From an uncultured Planctomycetota bacterium (lineage in GTDB: Bacteria > Planctomycetota > PLA2 > JAEUHO01), in the NCBI GenBank assembly GCA_963752285.1, contig CAVVXN010000003.1, positions 128,001 through 192,000 of the forward strand: 64,000 nt of DNA, read 5' to 3'. Below are positions 46,083-55,681 of the stretch, piece after piece. The notes under the pieces are model-generated. The model was not told the origin of the DNA. It saw only the letters and a program-made list of their open reading frames with translations, and searched no databases. Numbering within the stretch: the first letter of the stretch is position 1; every line of letters begins with the position of its first letter. A program made the translations under genes and the position numbers.

Positions 46083-47378
46083 TCAGGGCCTCAGGGCCGA
46101 CTCGAGGTCGCGGATCAGGTCGGCCGGGTCCTCGAGGCCGATCGAGAGGCGGATGCCGCCGGGGTCGATCCCGGCGCGGACCTGCGCCTCCACGGGGATC
46201 GGCGCGTGGGTCATCGAGGACGGGTGCTCGACGAGCGTCCGGACCTGGCCGAGGCTCACGGCGAGCGTGATCGCGAGCGAGTCCTTCGCGAGCCGGTCGA
46301 TCAGGCGGGCGCCCCGGGCCCTCGCCTCCGCGGGCTCGCCCCGGAGCACGAAGTAGATCAGGATCCCCGGAGCGAACCGGCCGGACGGGTCCGTCATCTG
46401 GCGCGTGGCGATCTCGTGGTGCGGGTGCGAGGGGAGACCCGGGTAGCGGACGCGGAGGACGTCGGGGTGCCCCTCGAGGAAGCGCGCGATCTCGAGCGCG
46501 CTCTCCTGCTGGCGCCGCGTCCGTACGGGGAGGGTCGGCAGGCCGTGGACGAGCACCGGCCACGCGGCCTTGGGCGAGAGCGCGGCGCCGAAGTCCTTCC
46601 GGTAGAGGAGGAGGTCCGGGTAGAGCAGGCGGCCGCAGACGACGGCGCCGCCCATGTCGGTCCCGAAGCCGTTCAGGTTCTTCGTGAGGCTCTCGACCAC
46701 GACGTTCGCGCCGAGGGAGAGCGGCCGCTGGCCGAAGGGCGTGGCGAAGGTGTTGTCCACGACGGTGAAGATGCGGCGTCGGGCCACGTCGCGCTTCTCG
46801 TTGGCGCGACGCACCACCTCGGCGACGCCGTGCACGTCGATCACCTCGAGCGTCGGGTTCGTGGGCGTCTCGAAGTAGACCACCATCGTGTCGGGCGGCT
46901 CGATCGCGCGCGCGAGCGCGTCGAGGTCGGTCATGTCCACGAAGTCGACCGCGATCCCGAGGCGCGGGAACCAGTTCGTCAGGAGCGAGTACGTGCAGCC
47001 GTAGAGGGCCCGGTGCGCGACGACGCGGTCGCCGCTGCGCGAGAGAACGCCGAGCGCCGCGCTGATCGCCGCCATCCCGGTCGAGAAGCAGACGCACCGC
47101 TTCCCGCCCTCGGCCTCCGCGAGGTTCTCCTCGAGCATGCCGCGGACCGGCTCGTCGAGACGGTCGTAGACGTAGATGGGCGCGTGCTGGTCACGGTTGA
47201 ACTCGGGGTTCGCGAACTCGACGAACCCCTCGGCGCCGCGCTCCGCCGACTCGAGGCGGTAGGCCGCGCTGCTGCTGATCGGCGGGACGATGTGGTCCTC
47301 GTACCGCCAGTGTTCGCTGTGCATGCGCCCGTGGATCAGGCGGGTGAACGGGTGGTACTCGCGCTCGGGGTCGGCCAT
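46083..47378 (-). CDS. Cys/Met metabolism PLP enzyme (methionine gamma-lyase / cystathionine gamma-synthase family)
   Basis: Y.RL..P, FSTGMAAI, LYGCT, ETPTNP, VDNTFATP, SLTK, AVSLG, IRLSIGLE. Confidence 0.9.
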   Translation of the reverse strand: MADPEREYHPFTRLIHGRMHSEHWRYEDHIVPPISSSAAYRLESAERGAEGFVEFANPEFNRDQHAPIYVYDRLDEPVRGMLEENLAEAEGGKRCVCFSTGMAAISAALGVLSRSGDRVVAHRALYGCTYSLLTNWFPRLGIAVDFVDMTDLDALARAIEPPDTMVVYFETPTNPTLEVIDVHGVAEVVRRANEKRDVARRRIFTVVDNTFATPFGQRPLSLGANVVVESLTKNLNGFGTDMGGAVVCGRLLYPDLLLYRKDFGAALSPKAAWPVLVHGLPTLPVRTRRQQESALEIARFLEGHPDVLRVRYPGLPSHPHHEIATRQMTDPSGRFAPGILIYFVLRGEPAEARARGARLIDRLAKDSLAITLAVSLGQVRTLVEHPSSMTHAPIPVEAQVRAGIDPGGIRLSIGLEDPADLIRDLESALRP

Positions 47379-47724
47379 GCGCTCACCGTACCCCTCGGTC
47401 CCGTCCGGGGTGAGGCCCGCGCGACCGGCTCGGGAGGGGGCGTCTCGCGCCGGCGCCCCCATCGGCGGGCGGCCGCCCACCGGCGGTCGCTTCGCCGCCG
47501 CGAAGTGCCGGGCCACGCGGTTCGCGTCTTCCTGCGGCGTGCCGCGCGCCCCCCGGGCGCCGGGGCACCGCCCATCGGAAATCCCTCCCCGCCGGGTCGG
47601 GCCGCGCGTATCAGTGAGACGCTGCCGGATCGTCGACGAGGCCCGCCCGGCGTTTGGACCCACACGTGGCTCGTGACGTCGCGGCGGTTCGGACGGAGGA
47701 GGGTGCGCCCGGAGGGGACCGGGC

Positions 47725-49671
47725 GTGACCACGGGCACGCTCCTCGGAGCCGCCGCAGTCGCGTTCCTCCTCGCTGCGAGCGTGGGACGGAAGTCGAGCC
47801 GTCTCTGGCTCGCCCTCGTGCTCGCGGGGAGTGGGGCGTGGCTCGTGGCCTCCGTCGAGGTCCTCGCCACGGGCCGCGCGTGGACGTGGCGCAGCTCGTT
47901 CCCGATCGCCGGCGACCTGGTGCGCCTCCGCCTGGACGGTCTGAGCGCCTTCTTCCTGGTCCTCGTCGCCGTCGTGGGGGGCGCCGCGGCCGCGTACGCC
48001 CGTGCCTACTGGTCGGACCGCGCGCATCCGGTCTCGGGGCCGGCAGGCCGCTCGTGGTGGAGCCTGCTCTTCCTCTCGATGGCGGGCGTCCTCCTCGCGG
48101 CGAACGGTCTGCACCTCCTCGTCGCCTGGGAAGCGTTCGCCGTATCCGCGTTCTTCCTGATCGTCCTCGAGCCCCAGCGCCCGGACGTGCGCGACGCCGG
48201 GTGGCTCTACCTCGCCTGCTCCCACGCGGGCACGCTCCTGCTCTTCGCGTTCTTCGCGCTCCTGGCCGCCCGCACGGGGACCTGGGAGCTCGGACCCGTG
48301 AAGGACCGGGCGGACCTCGCGCCGCTCTACTGGCTGGCTCTCCTCGGGTTCGGGGTGAAGGCGGGGTGGTTTCCGCTGCACGTGTGGCTGCCTTCGGCGC
48401 ACGGCAGCGCGCCGAGCCACGTCTCGGCCGTCATGTCGGGCGTGGCGATCAAGATGGGCGTGTACGGCATCGTCCGGTTCGGCGGGTGGCTGCCCGTCCC
48501 GGTCGCGGCGGCGTGGACCGTCGTCGGGATCGGCGCCACGAGCGCGGTGCTGGGCGTCCTGTTCGCGCTCGCGCAGCACGACGTGAAGCGGCTCCTCGCG
48601 TACCACAGCGTCGAGAACGTGGGGATCATCCTGCTCGGGGTCGGCTTCGCGCTCGTCGCGGTCTGTGCCGGCCACCCCGCGTGGGGCGCGCTGGCCCTCG
48701 GGGGGGGGCTGCTCCACGTGTGGAACCACGGGCTCTTCAAGTCGCTCCTGTTCCTGGGCGCCGGCGCGGTCGTCCGCGCGACCGGGACGCGGGAGATGAG
48801 CCGACTCGGCGGGCTCTGGCGGAGGATGCCGTACACGGCGGTGTTCTTCACGCTCGGGGCCGTGGCGATCTCGGGGCTCCCGCCGCTCAACGGCTTCGTG
48901 AGCGAGTGGCTGCTCTACCGGGGGCTGCTCGACGCCGCGGTCCATCCGACCGTCGCGACGACGGGGGCGATCGTCGCGATCGTCGCGTTGGCCGCGACGG
49001 GCGCCCTCGCGCTCGCCTGCTTCGTGAAGGCGTGCGGCGTCGTGTTCCTCGGTGCGGCACGATCGGAGGCCGCGGCGCGGGCGAACGAGTGCGAGCTCTC
49101 GCTCCGGGTCCCGATGGGCGTGCTCGCGGCGTGCTGCGTCGGCATCGGCCTCGCCCCGGTCCTCGTGTGGCCGGCCGTCTCGGCGGCGGTCGGCGCCTGG
49201 GACGCGTCCCTCGCGAGGACCTCCGCCCCCGCGTCCCTCGCGACGCTCTCGGCGATCCACGTGGGGCTCGTCGTGCTGGGCGTCACCGCGGCGCTCGTGC
49301 TCTTCGGCCGGTCGAGGAGGAACGGCTGGGCGTCGGGCCCCACCTGGGACTGCGGATACGCCGCGCCGACCCCCCGCATGCAGTACACGGCGGGGTCGTT
49401 CGCGGGGATCCTCACCGGGTGGTTCGCCGGCCTTCTCCGTCCGGTGCGCCACGTCGAGCCGCCGGTCGGCCCCTTTCCCGCCCGTTCCCGGCACGAGGAA
49501 CATCCGACGGAGCCGGTGCTCGACCGGGTCGTGGCGCCGCTCGCTCGGCTGGTCCTGCGGCTCTCCGGACGCGTCCGCCGCCTGCAGCACGGCCGCGTGC
49601 AGTCCTACCTCTTGTACCTGCTCCTGGGCCTGGTCGCGGTCTCGCTCCTCGCACTCGGAGGCGGACGCTGA
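47725..49671 (+). CDS. hyfB: HyfB-like antiporter-type membrane subunit
   Basis: WE, KAGWFPLHVWLPSAH, SAVMSG, KRLLAYHSVEN, NHGLFKSLLF, GLPPLNGFVSEW, TWDCGY, RMQYT. Confidence 0.9.
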   Translation: MTTGTLLGAAAVAFLLAASVGRKSSRLWLALVLAGSGAWLVASVEVLATGRAWTWRSSFPIAGDLVRLRLDGLSAFFLVLVAVVGGAAAAYARAYWSDRAHPVSGPAGRSWWSLLFLSMAGVLLAANGLHLLVAWEAFAVSAFFLIVLEPQRPDVRDAGWLYLACSHAGTLLLFAFFALLAARTGTWELGPVKDRADLAPLYWLALLGFGVKAGWFPLHVWLPSAHGSAPSHVSAVMSGVAIKMGVYGIVRFGGWLPVPVAAAWTVVGIGATSAVLGVLFALAQHDVKRLLAYHSVENVGIILLGVGFALVAVCAGHPAWGALALGGGLLHVWNHGLFKSLLFLGAGAVVRATGTREMSRLGGLWRRMPYTAVFFTLGAVAISGLPPLNGFVSEWLLYRGLLDAAVHPTVATTGAIVAIVALAATGALALACFVKACGVVFLGAARSEAAARANECELSLRVPMGVLAACCVGIGLAPVLVWPAVSAAVGAWDASLARTSAPASLATLSAIHVGLVVLGVTAALVLFGRSRRNGWASGPTWDCGYAAPTPRMQYTAGSFAGILTGWFAGLLRPVRHVEPPVGPFPARSRHEEHPTEPVLDRVVAPLARLVLRLSGRVRRLQHGRVQSYLLYLLLGLVAVSLLALGGGR

Positions 49672-49709
49672 ACGGACGACGGCTGCGCCTCGTCGAGCGC
49701 CGGTGAACC

Positions 49710-50381
49710 ATGTACTTGAGCATCGTCCAGGTTGCGGAGTCGTTCGGCGTCGCGGAGCGCGTCGTCGAGGAGTGGGTCCGGCGAGAGGGCCTCCCGGCGA
49801 CCCCGGACCGCGGCGGGCTCCTGTTCGACCGGGCGCGGGTCGCGGCGTGGGCGGCGACCCACGGCCGGACGGCGCGCACCGGCTTCCTCGCGCCGACGAA
49901 GGGCGCGCTCGCGACCGACCTCGATCTCGCGCGGCTGCTCGAGGCCGGCGGGATCCGACGCGCCATCGACCCGGCGGGCGTCCCGGATGCGATCCGGCGG
50001 GTGCTTCGATCCCGTCCGGGGCTCTCGGGACCTCATGAGGAGCTCCTCGCCTCGTGGCTCGACGAGCCCGCAGGCGTGCACTGGGCCCCGGTGGGCCACG
50101 GACTCGGCCTCTCGCACTTCGCCTCCCGGGTGACGCTCGGAGCGGACGCCGCGTTCCTCGCCCTCCTCTTCCTCGACGGGCCGTTCGCGCCCGCCGAGCC
50201 CACCCCCGACGGCGTGCCGGTGACCCGACTCTTCTTCTTCGTCCCGCCGTCGCACCGCGCGCACCTCGATCTCCTGGGTCGGCTCTCGAGGCGGCTCCTC
50301 CAGGGACCTCTCCTCCCGCTCGTCCAGCGGGGCGCGCCCGACGCCGAGATCGTCGCCGCCTTGGAGGAGGGCCGAACGTGA
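49710..50381 (+). CDS. Helix-turn-helix (excisionase-like) + PTS EIIA(Ntr/Fru-type) domain protein
   Basis: N-terminal LSIVQVAE.FGV..RVVEEWVR..GLPA HTH; EIIA-like VGHGLGLSH, PDG.PV..LFF, HLDLLGRLS. Confidence 0.75.
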   Translation: MYLSIVQVAESFGVAERVVEEWVRREGLPATPDRGGLLFDRARVAAWAATHGRTARTGFLAPTKGALATDLDLARLLEAGGIRRAIDPAGVPDAIRRVLRSRPGLSGPHEELLASWLDEPAGVHWAPVGHGLGLSHFASRVTLGADAAFLALLFLDGPFAPAEPTPDGVPVTRLFFFVPPSHRAHLDLLGRLSRRLLQGPLLPLVQRGAPDAEIVAALEEGRT

Positions 50382-51286
50382 GCCTCCTCCTCGGAGTCCT
50401 CGTCCGGCTCTTGGCGTTCCTCCTCGTCGCCCCGCTCCTGCCGGGCATCGTGCAGCGCGTCCGCGCGCGCGTGGCGGGCCGGCGGGGTCCGCCGCTGCTC
50501 CAGCCCCTCCACGATCTCGGTCGCCTCGCGAGGAAGGGCGTCGTCGTCAGCACGACCGCCTCGCCCGGACTCGTGGCGGGTCCCGCCGTGGCGTGGGTCG
50601 CGGTGCTCGGCGCGGCGCTCCTCGTGCCGATGGGCCCGCTCGGGGCGTGCCTCTCGTTCCCCGGCGACGTGATCGTCTTCGTGTACCTGCTGGCCCTCGC
50701 CCGGTTCGCGACGGCCTGGGCGGCGCTCGAGAGCGGCTCCGCGTTCGGCGGGATGGGCGCGGCGCGCGAGGTGAGCTACGCGGTGATCACGGAGGCCACG
50801 GTCGTCACGGCGCTCCTGGCCTCCGCCGTGGCGAGCGGCTCCACGTCGCTCACGGGCCTCTACGCGCGCTCGGTCGGTCCCGGCGCCGCGTTGCTCGCGG
50901 GCGCGTGGTTCACCGTGCTCCTCGCCGAGACCTGCCGCGTGCCGTTCGACGACCCGACGACGCATCTCGAGCTCACGATGGTGCACGAGGCGATGGTGCT
51001 GGACCACAGCGGGCCCCCGCTGGCGGTCGCGCTCCACGCGGCGTCGATGAAGCTCCTGCTCTTCTCGATCCTGCTCGTCCAGGCGATCGCGCCCACCGCC
51101 TCGCTCGGCCCCGCGGCACAGGTCGCGGTCCTCGCGGCCGGGGTCCTCCTGGTCACGGGCGCCGTGGGGCTCGTGGAATCCTTCCTCGCGCGGTACGCCT
51201 TCCGCCGGGTCCCGCTCCTCCTCGCGACCGCCTTCGTCCTCGCGCTCTTCGCCCTCCTGATCGCGTCCTCCGGAGGCGCGCCGTGA
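50378..51286 (+). CDS. hyfC: HyfC/NuoH-like membrane subunit
   Basis: GRRGPPLLQPLHDL, FGGMGAARE, ETCRVPFDDP.THLELTMVHEAM. Confidence 0.9.
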   Translation: MSLLLGVLVRLLAFLLVAPLLPGIVQRVRARVAGRRGPPLLQPLHDLGRLARKGVVVSTTASPGLVAGPAVAWVAVLGAALLVPMGPLGACLSFPGDVIVFVYLLALARFATAWAALESGSAFGGMGAAREVSYAVITEATVVTALLASAVASGSTSLTGLYARSVGPGAALLAGAWFTVLLAETCRVPFDDPTTHLELTMVHEAMVLDHSGPPLAVALHAASMKLLLFSILLVQAIAPTASLGPAAQVAVLAAGVLLVTGAVGLVESFLARYAFRRVPLLLATAFVLALFALLIASSGGAP

Positions 51287-51924
51287 ACGAGACCCTGAAC
51301 CTCCTCGTCGCGGCCGCCATGGGCATGAACCTCGTGGCTCTCGGGACGAGCCGACTCCCGTCCCTGATCCGCGTCGCCGCGCTCCAGGGCGCGGTCCTCG
51401 GCGTGATGCCGTGGATCCTCGAGCCGGAGCCTCAACTCCTCGCCCTCCTCGTGGGGGCCGCGACGATCGCCACGAAGGGGCTCGTGATCCCCGCGCTGCT
51501 CCGGCGCGCGATGCGCGCCGCGCACATCGACCGGGATCTCGCACCTCTCCTCTCGTACGTCCCGTCCCTCCTGCTCGGCGCGGCGGGGACGATGGGGGCG
51601 GTCGTGCTCGCGCGGCGGCTGCCCCTCCTGCCCGAGCACCACGCCTCTCTTCTCGTCGCGGGCGCGCTCGCGTCGGTGCTGGCCGGGCTGCTGCTCCTCA
51701 TCGGACGTTCGAAGGCCATCTCGCAGGTCTGCGGGTACCTGATCCTCGAGAACGGCATCTACCTGTTCGGGCTCCTCCTGATCCGCGCCACGCCACTGCT
51801 CGTCGAGGGCGGGATCCTGCTCGACCTGACCGTGGGCGTGTTCGTGACCGGCATCATCCTGGACCGGATCCAGCGCGCCTTCGACACGCTCGACACCCGG
51901 AGGCTCGATGCGCTCCGCGACTGA
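51283..51924 (+). CDS. hyfE: HyfE-like membrane subunit
   Basis: KGLVIP, QVCGYLILENGI, E.GILLD; GTGA overlap with hyfC. Confidence 0.88.
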   Translation: MNETLNLLVAAAMGMNLVALGTSRLPSLIRVAALQGAVLGVMPWILEPEPQLLALLVGAATIATKGLVIPALLRRAMRAAHIDRDLAPLLSYVPSLLLGAAGTMGAVVLARRLPLLPEHHASLLVAGALASVLAGLLLLIGRSKAISQVCGYLILENGIYLFGLLLIRATPLLVEGGILLDLTVGVFVTGIILDRIQRAFDTLDTRRLDALRD

Positions 51925-51966
51925 CCGAGGGGCCCCGGCCCCGCGGGACGCGCGGGGAGGCGCACG

Positions 51967-53409
51967 ATGACCGCCCCCCTGCTGATCGGCGTCCCGTTCG
52001 CGTTCGCCCTGCTGGCGGCCCTGTGGCCGAGCGAGCGTACGCGTCCGTGGCTGCTCCCGGCCGCGGCCGTGATCCACGCGGGACTCGCGTTCACGGCGCT
52101 CCTCCATCCCCCGGTCGTGGAGGAGGGAGCCTGGCTCGCCTTCGACCCGCTGTGTCGCGCGGTCCTGCCCGCCGTCTCGCTGCTCTTCCTCGGATGCGCG
52201 TGCTACGCCGTGCCGTACCTGCGACTGCGCCGGGAACGCTCGAACCGCGTCTTCGTGCCGGCGTTGCTCGTCGCGCTCGGCCTCATGAGCGCGGCGCACA
52301 TGGCGCGACACCTCGGCCTGCTCTGGATCGCGGCGGAGGGACTCACGCTCGCGTCCGTCCCGCTCCTGCACTTCAATCGGACCCCCTCCGCGTACGAGGC
52401 GACGTGGAAGTACCTCCTCGTCGGCGGCACGGGGATCGCTCTCTCGCTGCTGGGGTCGTTCGCGCTGGGCTACGCCTCGCTCTACGGGGGGGGCACGGGC
52501 GACATGACCTTCGCGGCGTTGGCGGCGCAGGGCGCGCATCTCTCCCGGCCCTGGGTGCTCGCCGCCTGGGTCCTGCTCCTCGTGGGCTACGGCACCAAGA
52601 TGGGACTCGCGCCCATGCACACGTGGAAGCCCGACGCGTACGGCGAGGCGCCGGGCATCGTCGGCGCGATGCTCGCGGGCGGCGTGACCACCGTCGGCTT
52701 CACGGCCGTCCTCCGCGTCCGCGCGGTGGTGGACGCGGCGGGGGAGGGCGCGGTGGCCAGCCGGACGCTGCTCGCCCTCGGCCTCCTGTCCACGCTGCTC
52801 GCGGCGCTGTTCCTCCTCTCGACCCGGGACTTCAAGCGGATGCTCGCCTACTCGAGCGTCGAGCACATGGGCATCCTGAGCCTCGGCGCGGCGTTCGGCG
52901 CCGCGGGGACGTGGGCCGCCCTGTTCCACGTCTGGAACAACGGCGTGACGAAGGGATCGCTCTTCCTCTCCGCGGGCAACCTCCGCCGCGCCGCCGGCGG
53001 GCGCACGCTCGACGACGTACGTGGTCTCTCGCTCGTCACCCCGCGCTCCGCCGCGCTCTTCGTGGCGGGGCTCTTCGCGGCCACGGCGTGTCCCCCGTTC
53101 GGCCCGTTCTTCAGCGAGATCGGGGTCCTCGGCGCCGCGTTTCGCGCGGGTTCGCCGGGTGCGGCGGCCCTGTTCCTCGTGGCCTTGCTCCTCGCGTTCC
53201 TCGGCCTCGGCCGCGTGGTCCGCGCGGTGCTCTTCTCGCGCCCGCGGCCCGCGCCACCGGGCGGCCCCGCCCGCACGCGCGAGACGGTGGGCGTCCTCTT
53301 GCCGCCGCTCGCGCTGCTCGTCGTGGCGGTCTGGCTGGGCGTCGCGACGCCGCCGGTGCTCGCCGAGGCGTGGTCGGCGGCGGTACGCCAGCTCGGAGGC
53401 GCTCCGTGA
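51967..53409 (+). CDS. hyfF: HyfF-like antiporter-type membrane subunit
   Basis: EATWKY, GYGTKMGLAPMHTWKPDAY, KRMLAYSSVEHMG, PPFGPFFSE. Confidence 0.9.
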   Translation: MTAPLLIGVPFAFALLAALWPSERTRPWLLPAAAVIHAGLAFTALLHPPVVEEGAWLAFDPLCRAVLPAVSLLFLGCACYAVPYLRLRRERSNRVFVPALLVALGLMSAAHMARHLGLLWIAAEGLTLASVPLLHFNRTPSAYEATWKYLLVGGTGIALSLLGSFALGYASLYGGGTGDMTFAALAAQGAHLSRPWVLAAWVLLLVGYGTKMGLAPMHTWKPDAYGEAPGIVGAMLAGGVTTVGFTAVLRVRAVVDAAGEGAVASRTLLALGLLSTLLAALFLLSTRDFKRMLAYSSVEHMGILSLGAAFGAAGTWAALFHVWNNGVTKGSLFLSAGNLRRAAGGRTLDDVRGLSLVTPRSAALFVAGLFAATACPPFGPFFSEIGVLGAAFRAGSPGAAALFLVALLLAFLGLGRVVRAVLFSRPRPAPPGGPARTRETVGVLLPPLALLVVAVWLGVATPPVLAEAWSAAVRQLGGAP

Positions 53410-54887
53410 CGCCGCCGGCACCCTTCACGAGGCTCGGGAACGGCGACGCGCTCTCGTGGGCGGACCTCGCGGAGGTCCCGGCCGCGGACCTCTCGGACGC
53501 GACCGGCGCCCAGCTCGACCGAGGCGCCCGCCTGGCGAGCCTCTTCGGCGTCGAGGACGGACGGGGCACGCGTCTCGTCGTCGTGCTCGCGTACGACGCG
53601 GCGGGCGAGCTCGCCATCGGCCGGACCCGACCCTTCACGGGCGCCTTCCCCTCGCTCACGGCGTCGCACGCCGAGGCGCACCTGTTCGAGCGCGAGGTCT
53701 TCGAGCAGCACGGGCTCGTTCCCGAGGGCCACCCGTGGCTCCGTCCGGTGCGCCGTGCGTCCGCGGCGGGACCGGCAACCGGCGACTTCTTCCGGGTCGA
53801 CGGCGGCGAGGTCCACGAGGTCGCCGTCGGTCCCGTGCACGCGGGGGTCATCGAGCCCGGCCACTTCCGCTTCCAGTGCGCGGGCGAGGAGGTGATCCAC
53901 CTCGAGATCGCGTTGGGCTACCAGCACCGCGGTGTCGAGGAGGCGCTCGTCGGCGGGCCGCACCGCACGACGGCGATCCAGATGGAGACGGTGGCGGGCG
54001 ACTCGACCGCGGCACACGCGACCGCGTACGCGGAGATCGTGGAGGCGCTCGCGGGGACCGAGGCGCCGCTCCGCGCCGCCTGGCTCCGCGCGATCGCGCT
54101 CGAGCTCGAACGACTCGCGAACCACACGGGCGACCTCGGCGCCCTGGCGGGCGACGTGGCGTTCCTCCCGACGGCCGCGGCGTGCGGCAAGACGCGCGGC
54201 GACTTCCTGAACCTGACGGCGGAGCTCTGCGGGAACCGGTTCTCGCGCGGGCTGGTCCGCCCCGGCGGCGTGACCCGAGCGCTGGACGCGGACCGCGCGT
54301 CGCGCGTGGAGGGGCGCCTCGCCACGGCGCTCGAGGACGCCGAGCGTGCGGCGCGCTGGCTCTGGGACTCCGCGTCCGCCCGTGCGCGCTTCGAAGGGAC
54401 CGGAACGCTCACGGGCAAGGACGCCGCACAGCTCGGTCTGGTCGGGCCGGCCGCGCGGGCGTGCGGGCTCGTGCAGGACGTCCGGTACGACCACCCGACC
54501 GGCTGGTACCGCCTGGTGGAGGTCCCCGTCTCGGTCTGGCCCGACGGCGACGCCTTCGCCCGCGCCCGCGTCCGTTGGCTCGAGATCCAGCGCTCCGGCG
54601 AGCTCCTCCGCGAGGTCCTCGGGCGCGGTCCGAGGGGTCCGGAGCGCGTCGAGGTGCCGGTGCTCGCGGCCGGGCGCGTGGCGGTGTCGATGGTCGAGGG
54701 CTGGCGGGGCGAGGTCCTGCACGTCGCCCTCACGGACGCGGACGGGCGCTTCTGCCGCTACAAGATCACCGACCCGTCGTTCCACAACTGGACGGGGCTG
54801 GCCCTCGCGATGCGGGGCCAGGCGATCTCCGACTTCCCGCTCGTCAACAAGAGCTTCAACCTGAGCTACGCAGGACACGACTTGTAA
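53406..54887 (+). CDS. hyfG: HyfG/NuoCD-like large subunit lacking NiFe-binding cysteines (Ehr type)
   Basis: ERE, VGPVHAGVIEPGHFRF, GYQHRGVE, ELERLANH, VEGWRGE, DPSFHNW; ETVAGD and NLSYAGHDL in place of the CxxC motifs. Confidence 0.9.
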   Translation: MTPPAPFTRLGNGDALSWADLAEVPAADLSDATGAQLDRGARLASLFGVEDGRGTRLVVVLAYDAAGELAIGRTRPFTGAFPSLTASHAEAHLFEREVFEQHGLVPEGHPWLRPVRRASAAGPATGDFFRVDGGEVHEVAVGPVHAGVIEPGHFRFQCAGEEVIHLEIALGYQHRGVEEALVGGPHRTTAIQMETVAGDSTAAHATAYAEIVEALAGTEAPLRAAWLRAIALELERLANHTGDLGALAGDVAFLPTAAACGKTRGDFLNLTAELCGNRFSRGLVRPGGVTRALDADRASRVEGRLATALEDAERAARWLWDSASARARFEGTGTLTGKDAAQLGLVGPAARACGLVQDVRYDHPTGWYRLVEVPVSVWPDGDAFARARVRWLEIQRSGELLREVLGRGPRGPERVEVPVLAAGRVAVSMVEGWRGEVLHVALTDADGRFCRYKITDPSFHNWTGLALAMRGQAISDFPLVNKSFNLSYAGHDL

Positions 54888-54889
54888 CC

Positions 54890-55681
54890 ATGGCCATCCA
54901 CGACGTGATCCTCGACCGGTGGCGGCGCGGGTGCGAGACGACCCCCTATCCGCAGGGACCGGCGCCTCGGTTGCCCGATCGCGCGACGGGGGCCCTGCGC
55001 CTCGAGCCGGCGCGCTGCACGGAAGGCTGTACGGCCTGCGTCCCGGTGTGTCCGACGAAGGCGATCCGCCGCGACGCCGGCGAGACCGTGACCCTGGACC
55101 TCGGCCGGTGCGTGTTCTGCGCGGCGTGCGTCGAGACCTGCCCGACCGGCGCCATCGTGCCGACGCACGACGCCCGCCTCGCGGCGCGCCGCCGCGAGGA
55201 TCTCGTGCTCGGTCCGGGGGGCCGGGACGAGGTCCGTCTCGCCGAGGCGCTCGACGCGCGGATGCGCCGGCTCTTCGGCCGCTCGCTGCGGCTCCGCCAG
55301 GTGAGCGCGGGCGGGTGCAACGCCTGCGAGGCCGAGACGAACGTGCTCGGGACGATCGGTTGGGACCTCTCGCGCTTCGGCGTGCAGCTCGTCGCCTCGC
55401 CGCGCCACGCCGACGGGCTCCTCGTGACGGGGCCGGTCACGCGGAACATGGCGCTCGCGCTCGAGAAGACCTGGGCGGCGGTTCCCGCGCCCAAGATCGT
55501 GATCGCGGTCGGGGCGTGCGCGATCGCGGGGGGGCCCTTCGCCGGTCTCGCCGAGTCCCACGACGGCGCGGCGTCGCGCATCCCGGTCGATCTCTTCGTG
55601 CCCGGCTGTCCCCCGCACCCCCTCACGATCCTCGACGGCCTCCTCCGTCTCCTCGGTCGGCTCACCCACGACCCATCGTGA
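54890..55681 (+). CDS. Fused 2x[4Fe-4S] ferredoxin (HyfH/NuoI-like) + NuoB/HyfI-like small subunit
   Basis: CTEGCTACVPVCP, CVFCAACVETCP; GGCNACE, SPRHAD, GAC, PGCPP. Confidence 0.9.
   Translation: MAIHDVILDRWRRGCETTPYPQGPAPRLPDRATGALRLEPARCTEGCTACVPVCPTKAIRRDAGETVTLDLGRCVFCAACVETCPTGAIVPTHDARLAARRREDLVLGPGGRDEVRLAEALDARMRRLFGRSLRLRQVSAGGCNACEAETNVLGTIGWDLSRFGVQLVASPRHADGLLVTGPVTRNMALALEKTWAAVPAPKIVIAVGACAIAGGPFAGLAESHDGAASRIPVDLFVPGCPPHPLTILDGLLRLLGRLTHDPS

Noticed and set aside
47379..47724. SAM riboswitch for the Met/Cys lyase or fluoride riboswitch for the hyf-like operon
   Set aside because: I could not find the conserved cores of either motif on the appropriate strand; an Rfam scan would settle it.
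53406..54887. Functional NiFe hydrogenase / formate hydrogenlyase
   Set aside because: Both CxxC metal-binding motifs are absent and there is no maturation protease site or hyp gene.
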